The position numbers were made by a program, and so were the translations under genes. A model generated the notes under the pieces. That model was not told the DNA's origin, did not search any database, and worked only from the letters and a program-made list of their open reading frames with translations. Of a stretch of 64,000 nt of DNA, positions 55,301 to 64,000 are shown piece after piece. The DNA lies in the NCBI GenBank assembly GCA_964658305.1, contig OZ210885.1, positions 14,322,001 to 14,386,000 of the forward strand, written 5' to 3'. The stretch is from Leptogorgia sarmentosa (lineage: Eukaryota). Numbering within the stretch: position 1 is the stretch's first letter; each line of letters begins with the position of its first letter.

Positions 55301-58300
55301 CATATATCACTGTTATGAAGGGTGTTAGAGAAGTTCGTTAAAATATAGCAACATTTCGCCACATTGAACCAACCTTGATAAATTAAACGCCACATTGTCA
55401 ATGACTCAAAAAACAAGGTTGCTTCTTCATATATCACTGTTATTAACAGTGTTAGAGAAGTTGGTTTAAATATAGCAAAATTTCACCACATTTAACCAAC
55501 CTTGATAAATTAAACGCCAACATTGTCAATGACTCAAAAAAACAAGGTTGCTTCTTCATATATCACTGTTATGAAGGGTGTTGGAGAAGTTGGTTAAATT
55601 ATAGCAAAATTTCACCACATTAAACCAACCTTGATAAATTAAACGCCACATCATCAATGACTCAAAAAAACAAGGTTGCTTTTTTATGAAGGGTGTTAGA
55701 GAAGTTGGTTAAATTATAGCAAAATTTCATCACATTTAACCAACCTTGATAAATTAAACGCCACATTGTGAATGACTCAAAAAAACAAGGTTGCTTCTTC
55801 ATATATCACTGTTATGAAGGGTGTTGGAGAAGTTGGTTAAATTATAGCAAAATTTCACCACATTCATCAAACCTTGATAAATTAAATGCCACATTGTCAA
55901 TGACTCAAAAAACAAGGTTCCTTCTTCATATATCACTGTTATTAACAGTGTTAGAGTAGTTGGTTTATAGCAAAATTTCACCACATTTAACCAACCTTGA
56001 TAAATTAAACGCCACATCATCAATGACTCAAAAAAACAAGGTTGCTTTTTTATGAAGGGTGTTAGAGAATTTGGGTAAATTATAGCAAAATTTCACCACA
56101 TTTATCCAACCTTCATAAATTAAACGCCACTTTGTCAATGACTCAAAAAACAAGGTTGCTTCTTCATATATCACTGTTATTAACAGTGTTAGAGAAGTTG
56201 GTTTAAATATAGCAAAATTTCACCACATTTAACCAACCTTGATAAATTAAACGCCACATTGTCAATGACTAAAAAAAACAAGGTTGCTTTTTTATGAAGG
56301 GTGTTAGAGAAGTTGGTTAAATAAAGCAACATTTCACCACATTTAACCAACCTTGATAAATTAAACGCCACATTGTCAATGACTCAAAAAACAAGGTTGC
56401 TTCTTCACATATCACTGTTACTAACGGTGTAAGAGAAGTTGGTTTATAGCAAAATATCACCACATTTAACCAACCTTGATAAATTAAACGCCACATCATC
56501 AATGACTAAAAAAAACAAGGTTACTTCTTCATATAACACTGTTATGAAGGGTGTTAGAGAAGTTGGTTAAATTATAGCAAAATTTCACCACATTTAACCA
56601 ACCTTGATAAATTAAACGCCACATCGTCAATGACTAAAAAAAACAAGGTTGCTTGTTTATGAAAGGTGTTAGAGAAGTTGGTTAAATTATAGCAAAATTT
56701 CACCACATTTATCCAACCTTGATAAATTAAACGGCACATTGTCAATGACTCAAAAAACAAGGTTGCTTCTTCATATATCACTGTTATGAAGGGTGTTGGA
56801 GAAGTTGGTTAAATTATAGCAAAATTTCACCACATTTAACCAACCTTGATAAATTAAACGCCACACTGTGAATGACTAAAAAAAACAAGGTTGCTTCTTC
56901 ATATATCACTGTTATGAAGGGTGTTAGAGAAGTTGGTTTAAATATAGCAAAATTTCACCACATTTAACCACCCTTGATCAATTAAACGCCACATTGTCAA
57001 TGACTCAAAAAAACAAGGTTGCTTTTTTATGAAGGGTGTTAGAGAAGTTGGTTAAATTATAGCAAAATTTCACCACATTTAACCAACCTTGATAAATTAA
57101 ATGCCACATCGTCAATGACTAAAAAAAACAAGGTTGCTTTTTTATGAAAGGTGTTAGAGAAGTTGGTTAAATTATAGCAAAATTTCACCACATTTATCAA
57201 ACCTTGATAAATTAAATGCCACATTGTCAATGACTCAAAAAACAAGGTTGCTTCTTCATATATCACTGTTATTAACAGTGTTAGAGTAGTTGGTTTATAG
57301 CAAAATTTCACCACATTTAACCAACGTTGATAAATTAAACGCCACATCATCAATGACTCAAAAAAACAAGGTTGCTTTTTTATGAAGGGTGTTAGAGAAT
57401 TTGGGTAAATTATAGCAAAATTTCACCACATTTATCCAACCTTGATAAATTAAACGCCACTTTGTCAATGACTCAAAAAACAAGGTTGCTTCTTCATATA
57501 TCACTGTTATTAACAGTGTTAGAGAAGTTGGTTTAAATATAGCAAAATTTCACCACATTTAACCAACCTTGATAAATTAAACGCCACATTGTCAATGACT
57601 AAAAAAAACAAGGTTGCTTTTTTATGAAGGGTGTTAGAGAAGTTGGTTAAATTAGAGCAAAATTTCACCACATTTAACCAACCTTGATAAATTAAATGCC
57701 ACATTGTGAATGACTCAAAAAAACAAGGTTGCTTCTTCATATATCACTGTTATGAAGGGTGTTAGAGAAGTTGGTTTAAATAAAGCAACATTTCACCACA
57801 TTTAACCAACCTTGGTAAATTAAACGCCACATCATCAATGACTAAAAAAAACAAGGTTACTTCTTCATATAACACTGTTATGAAGGGTGTTAGAGAAGTT
57901 GGTTAAATTATAGCAAAATTTCACCACATTTATCCAACCTTGATAAATTAAACGGCACATTGTCAATGACTCAAAAAACAAAGTTGCTTCTTCATATATC
58001 ACTGTTATTAACGGTGTTAGACAAGTTGATTTAAATATAGCAAAATTTCACCACATTTAACCAACCTTGATAAATTAAACGCCACATCATCGACTCAAAA
58101 AAACAAGGTTGCTTTTTTATGAAGGGTGTTAGAGAATTTGGGTAAATTATAGCAAAATTTCACCACATTTATCCAACCTTGATAAATTAAAGGCCACATT
58201 GTCAATGACTCAAAAAACAAGGTTGCTTCTTCACATATCACTGTTACTAACGGTGTTAGAGAAGTTGGTTTATAGCAAAATATCACCACAGTTAACCAAC

Positions 58301-60582
58301 CTTAATCAATTAAACGCCATATCATCAATGACTAAAAAAAACAAGGTTGCTTCTTCATATAACACTGTTATGAAGGGTGTTAGAGAAGTTGGTTAAATTA
58401 TAGCAAAATTTCACCACATTTAACCAACCTTGATAAATTAAACGCCACACTGTGAATGACTAAAAAAAACAAGGTTGCTTCTTCATATATCACTGTTATG
58501 AAGGGTGTTAGAGAAGTTGGTTTAAATATAGCAAAATTTCACCACATTTAACCACCCTTGATCAATTAAACGCCACATTGTCAATGACTCAAAAAAACAA
58601 GGTTGCTTTTTTATGAAGGGTGTTAGAGAAGTTGGTTAAATTATAGCATAATTTCACCACATTTAACCAACCTTGATAAATTAAATGCCACATCGTCAAT
58701 GACTAAAAAAAACAAGGTTGCTTTTTTATGAAAGGTGTTAGAGAAGTTGGTTAAATTATAGCAAAATTTCACCACATTTATCAAACCTTGATAAATTAAA
58801 TGCCACATTGTCAATGACTCAAAAAACAAGGTTGCTTCTTCATATATCACTGTTATTAACAGTGTTAGAGTAGTTGGTTTATAGCAAAATTTCACCACAT
58901 TTAACCAACCTTGATAAATTAAACGCCACATCATCAATGACTCAAAAAAACAAGGTTGCTTTTTTATGAAGGGTGTTAGAGAATTTGGGTAAATTATAGC
59001 AAAATTTCACCACATTTATCCAACCTTGATAAATTAAACGCCACTTTGTCAATGACTCAAAAAACAAGGTTGCTTCTTCATATATCACTGTTATTAACAG
59101 TGTTAGAGAAGTTGGTTTAAATATAGCAAAATTTCACCACATTTAACCAACCTTGATAAATTAAACGCCACATTGTCAATGACTCAAAAAAACAAGGTTG
59201 CTTTTTTATGAAGGGTGTTAGAGAAGTTGGTTAAATTATAGCAAAATTTCACCACATTTAACCAACCTTGATAAATTAAATGCCACATTGTGAATGACTC
59301 AAAAAAACAAGGTTGCTTCTTCATATATCACTGTTATGAAGGGTGTTAGAGAAGTTGGTTTAAATAAAGCAACATTTCACCACATTTAACCAACCTTGAT
59401 AAATTAAACGCCACATTGTCAATGACTCAAAAAAACAAGGTTGCGTTTTTATGAAGGGTTTTAGAGAAGTTGGTTAAATTATAGCAAAATTTCACCACAT
59501 TTAACCAACCTTGATAAATTAAACGCCACATTGTGAATGACTAAAAAAAACAAGGTTGCTTCTTCATATATCACTGTTATGAAGGGTGTTAGAGAAGTTG
59601 GTTTAAATAAAGCAACATTTCACCACATTTAACCAACCTTGATAAATTAAATGCCACATCGTCAATGACTAAAAAAAACAAGGTTGCTTTTTTATGAAAG
59701 CTGTTAGAGAAGTTGGTTAAATTATAGCAAAATTTCACCACATTTATCAAACCTTGATAAATTAAACGCCACATCATCAATGACTCAAAAAAACAAGGTT
59801 GCTTTTTTATGAAAGCTGTTAGAGAAGTTGGTTAAATTATAGCAAAATTTCACCACATTTAACCAACCTTGATAAATTAAATGCCACATTGTCAATGACT
59901 CAAAAAAACAAGGTTGCTTCTTCATATATCACTGTTATGAAGGGTGTTGGAGAAGTTGGTTAAATTATAGCAAAATTTCACGACATTTAACCAACCTTGA
60001 TAAATTAAATTCCACATGGTCAATGACTCAAAAAAACAAGGTTGCTTCTTCATATATCACTGTTATGAAGGGTGTTAGAGAAGTTGGTTAAAACATACCA
60101 AAATTTCACCACATTTAACCAACCTTGATAAATTAAATGCCACATCGTCAATGACTCAAAAAAACAAGGTTGCTTTTTTATGAAAGGTGTTAGAGAAGTT
60201 GGTTAAATGATAGCAAAATTTCACCACATTTAACCAACCTTGATAAATTAAATGCCACATCGTCAATGACTAAAAAAAACAAGGTTGCTTTTTTATGAAA
60301 GCTGTTAGAGAAGTTGGTTAAATTATAGCAAAATTTCACCACATTTATCAAACCTTGATAAATTAAACGCCACATCATCAATGACTCAAAAAAACAAGGT
60401 TGCTTTTTTATGAAAGCTGTTAGAGAAGTTGGTTAAATTATAGCAAAATTTCACCACATTTAACCAACCTTGATAAATTAAATGCCACATTGTCAATGAC
60501 TCAAAAAAACAAGGTTGCTTCTTCATATATCACTGTTATGAAGGGTGTTGGAGAAGTTGGTTAAATTATAGCAAAATTTCAC
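49167..60582 (+). repeat. Tandem duplication with period 5479 bp (about 2.1 copies)
   Basis: ORF offsets 49232->54711->60190, 50289->55768 and onward to 54110->59589 are 5479. Shared private marks are a 1-bp insertion gccaacatt (about 50041/55520), ccttggtaaa (about 52335/57814) and a 3-bp deletion catcatcgactc (about 52612/58091). SNPs G52392/A57871 and T49410/C54889 distinguish the copies. Confidence 0.94.
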
Positions 60583-63500
60583 GACATTTAACCAACCTTG
60601 ATAAATTAAATGCCACATGGTCAATGACTCAAAAAAACAAGGTTGCTTCTTCATATATCACTGTTATGAAGGGTGTTAGAGAAGTTAGTTAAAATATACC
60701 AAAATTTCACCACATTTAACCAACCTTGATAAATTAAATGCCACATCGTCAATGACTCAAAAAAACAAGGTTGCTTGTTCATATATCACTGTTATGAAGG
60801 GTGTTAGAGAAGTTCGTTAAAATATAGCAACATTTCGCCACATTGAACCAACCTTGATAAATTAAACGCCACGTCGTCAATGGCTCAAAAAAACAAGGTT
60901 GCTTCTTCATATATCACTGTTATGAAGGGTGTTAGAGAAGTTGGTTAAATTATAGCAAAATTTTACCACATTTAACCAACCTTAATAAATTAAACGCCAC
61001 ATTGTCAATGACTCAAAAAACAAGGTTGCTTCTTCATATATCACTGTTATTAATGGTGTTAGAGAAGTTGGTTTAAATATAGCAAAATTTCACCACATTT
61101 AACCAACCTTGATAAATTAAACGCCACATCATCAATGACACAAAAAACAAGGTTGCTTCTTCATATATCACTGTTATGAAGGGTGTTAGAGAAGTTGGTT
61201 AAATTATAGCAAAATTTCACCACATTTAACCAACCTTAATAAATTAAACGCCACATTGTCAATGACTCAAAACACAAGGTTGCTTCTTCATATATCACTG
61301 TTATTAATGGTGTTGGAGAAGTTGGTTTAAATATAGCAAAATTTCACCACATTTAACCAACCTTGATAAATTAAACGCCACGTCATCAATGACTCAAAAA
61401 ACAAGGTTGCTTCTTCATATATCACTGTTATTAACGGTGTTAGAGAAGTTGGTTTATAGCAAAATTTCACCACATTTAACCAACCTTGATAAATTAAACG
61501 CCACATCGTCAATGACTCAAAAAAACAAGGTTGCTTTTTTATGAAAGGTGTTAGAGAAGTTGGTTAAATTATAGCAAAATTTCACCACATTTAACCAACC
61601 TTGATAAATTAAATGCCACATCGTCAATGACTAAAAAAAACAAGGTTGCTTTTTGATGAAAGGTGTTAGAGAAGTTGGTTAAATTATAGCAAAATTTCAC
61701 CACATTTATCAAACCTTGATAAATTAAACGCCACATTGTCAATGACTAAAAAAACAAGGTTGCTTCTTCATATATCACTGTCATTAACGGTGTTAGAGAA
61801 GTTGGTTTATAGCAAAATTTCACCACATTTAACCAACCTTGATAAATTAAACGCCACATCATCAATGACTCAAAAAAACAAGGTTGCTTTTTTATGAAGG
61901 GTGTTAGAGAATTTGGGTAAATTATAGCAAAATTTCACCACATTTATCCAACCTTGATAAATTAAACGCCACATTGTCAATGACTCAAAAAACAAGGTTG
62001 CTTCTTCATATATCACTGTTATTAACAGTGTTAGAGAAGTTGGTTTAAATATAGCAAAATTTCACCACATTTAACCAACCTTGATAAATTAAACGCCACA
62101 TTGTCAATGACTCAAAAAAACAAGGTTGCTTCTTCATATATCACTGTTATGAAGGGTGTTGGAGAAGTTGGTTAAATTATAGCAAAATTTCACCACATTA
62201 AACCAACCTTGATAAATTAAACGCCACATCATCAATGACTCAAAAAAACAAGGTTGCTTTTTTATGAAGGGTGTTAGAGAAGTTGGTTAAATTATAGCAA
62301 AATTTCATCACATTTAACCAACCTTGATAAATTAAACGCCACATCATCAATGACTCAAAAAAACAAGTTTGCTTCTTCATATAACACTGTTATGAAGGGT
62401 GTTGGAGAACTTGGTTAAATTATAGAAAAATTTCACCACATTTAACCAACCTTGATAAATTAAATGCCACATTGTCAATGACTCAAAAAAACAAGGTTGC
62501 TTCTTCATATATCACTGTTATGAAGGGTGTTGGAGAAGTTGGTTAAATTATAGCAAAATTTCACCACATTTAACCAATCTTGATAAATTAAATGCCACAT
62601 GGTCAATGACTCAAAAAAACAAGGTTGCTTCTTCATATATCACTGTTATGAAGGGTGTTAGAGAAGTTGATTAAAATATACCAAAATTTCACCACATTTA
62701 ACCAACCTTGATAAATTAAATGCCACATCGTCAATGACTCAAAAAAACAAGGTTGCTTGTTCATATATCACTGTTGTGAAGGGTGTTGGAGAAGTTCGTT
62801 AAAATATAGCAACATTTCGCCACATTGAACCAACCTTGATAAATTAAACGCCACGTCGTCAATGGCTCAAAAAAACAAGGTTGCTTCTTCATATATCACT
62901 GTTATGAAGGGTGTTAGAGAAGTTGGTTTATAGCAAAATTTCACCACATTTAACCAACCTTGATAAATTAAACGCCACATCATCAATGACTCAAAAAAAC
63001 AAGGTTGCTTTTTTATGAAAGGTGTTAGAGAAGTTGGTTAAATTATAGCAAAATTTCACCACATTTATCCAACCTTGATAAATTAAACGCCACTTTGTCA
63101 ATGACTCAAAAAACAAGGTTGCTTCTTCATATATCACTGTTATTAACAGTGTTAGAGAAGTTGGTTTAAATATAGCAAAATTTCACCACATTTAACCAAC
63201 CTTGATAAATTAAACGCCACATTGTCAATGACTCAAAAAAACAAGGTTGCTTCTTCATATATCACTGTTATGAAGGGTGTTGGAGAAGTTGGTTAAATTA
63301 TAGCAAAATTTCACCACATTTAAGCAACCTTGATAAATTAAACGCCACATCGTGAATGACTAAAAAAAACAAGGTTGCTTCTTCATATATCACTGTTATG
63401 AAGGGTGTTAGAGAAGTTGATTTAAATATAGCAAAATTTCACCACATTTAACCAACCTTGATAAATTAAATGCCACATCGTCAATGACTAAAAAAAACAA

Positions 63501-64000
63501 GGTTGCTTTTTGATGAAAGGTGTTAGAGAAGTTGGTTAAATTATAGCAAAATTTCACCACATTTATCAAACCTTGATAAATTAAACGCCACATTGTCAAT
63601 GACTAAAAAAACAAGCTTGCTTCTTCATATATCACTGTCATTAACGGTGTTAGAGAAGTTGGTTTATAGCAAAATTTCACCACATTTAACCAACCTTGAT
63701 AAATTAAACGCCACATCATCAATGACTCAAAAAAACAAGGTTGCTTTTTTATGAAGGGTGTTAGAGAATTTGGGTAAATTATAGCAAAATTTCACCACAT
63801 TTATCCAACCTTGATAAATTAAACGCCACATTGTCAATGACTCAAAAAACAAGGTTGCTTCTTCATATATCACTGTTATTAACAGTGTTAGAGAAGTTGG
63901 TTTAAATATAGCAAAATTTCACCACATTTAACCAACCTTGATAAATTAAACGCCACATTGTCAATGACTCAAAAAAACAAGGTTGCTTCTTCATATATCA

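Larger units (their letters stand above)
1..64000 (+). repeat. Tandem satellite DNA array with 115/128-bp monomers (minor classes about 111-127 bp), single orientation, running off both window ends
   Basis: The motif (a/g)gagaagttgg recurs at 1, 116, 231, 359, 487 (spacings 115, 115, 128, 128) and continues to the end. The conserved core ...tagcaaaatttcaccacatttaaccaaccttgataaattaaa(c/t)gccacat..tcaatgact(c/a)aaaaaaacaaggttgctt... is in essentially every unit. I saw no non-satellite sequence. Confidence 0.99.

Noticed and set aside
600..63599. About 120 short ORFs (60-104 aa, e.g. MMMWRLIYQG...) in the ORF track
   Set aside because: They are chance stop-free translations across 2-3 satellite monomers. 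Frames change with monomer length (115, 127 and 128 are not multiples of 3), and there is no recognisable domain or gene context. I used them only as offset markers.
1..64000. CRISPR array or other repeat-spacer system
   Set aside because: There are no unique spacers, since the entire monomer is repeated with only point variants and small indels. No cas genes or leader are present.
1..64000. Tandem 5S rRNA, tRNA, snRNA or spliced-leader gene array (unit about 120 bp)
   Set aside because: The unit size resembles 5S rRNA, but the sequence is about 31% GC with no recognisable 5S or tRNA motifs, no Pol III A/B/C boxes and no gene-plus-spacer layout. An Rfam cmscan would confirm.
1..64000. Embedded transposon, MITE or strand inversion
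   Set aside because: I saw no non-satellite insert, target-site duplication or reverse-orientation monomer. The inverted repeats are internal to the monomer. A remote transposon origin of the monomer cannot be excluded.
1..64000. A single regular higher-order repeat or a coded long/short pattern
   Set aside because: Periods differ between regions, and the long/short order is explained by the nested duplication history. No window-wide fixed period is visible.

Overview
The whole 64 kb window is one uninterrupted, head-to-tail satellite DNA array in a single orientation. It is AT-rich (about 31% GC in a counted monomer) and holds roughly 520-530 monomers. I found no credible genes, RNA genes, CRISPR array or transposon, and every ORF in the track is a translation of the satellite. 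The monomer has two main length classes, 128 bp and 115 bp, which differ by a 13-bp indel. A 6A/7A tract and a 4-bp deletion add minor classes. Diagnostic variants show nested, irregular higher-order duplications with periods of 353, 511, 736, about 2962/2972, 4753, about 4.4-4.7 kb (9204 for two units), 5479 and 13745 bp, and their relative order can be partly reconstructed. Each monomer carries several dyad symmetries, an internal 31-bp-spaced subrepeat linked to a deletion and an apparent conversion, and CG/TG/CA polymorphism consistent with CpG methylation. This fits a young, actively homogenising eukaryotic (peri)centromeric-type satellite, but the organism and any centromeric function cannot be determined from sequence alone. 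All alignments were done by eye using ORF-track offsets and rare variants, so boundaries are approximate.
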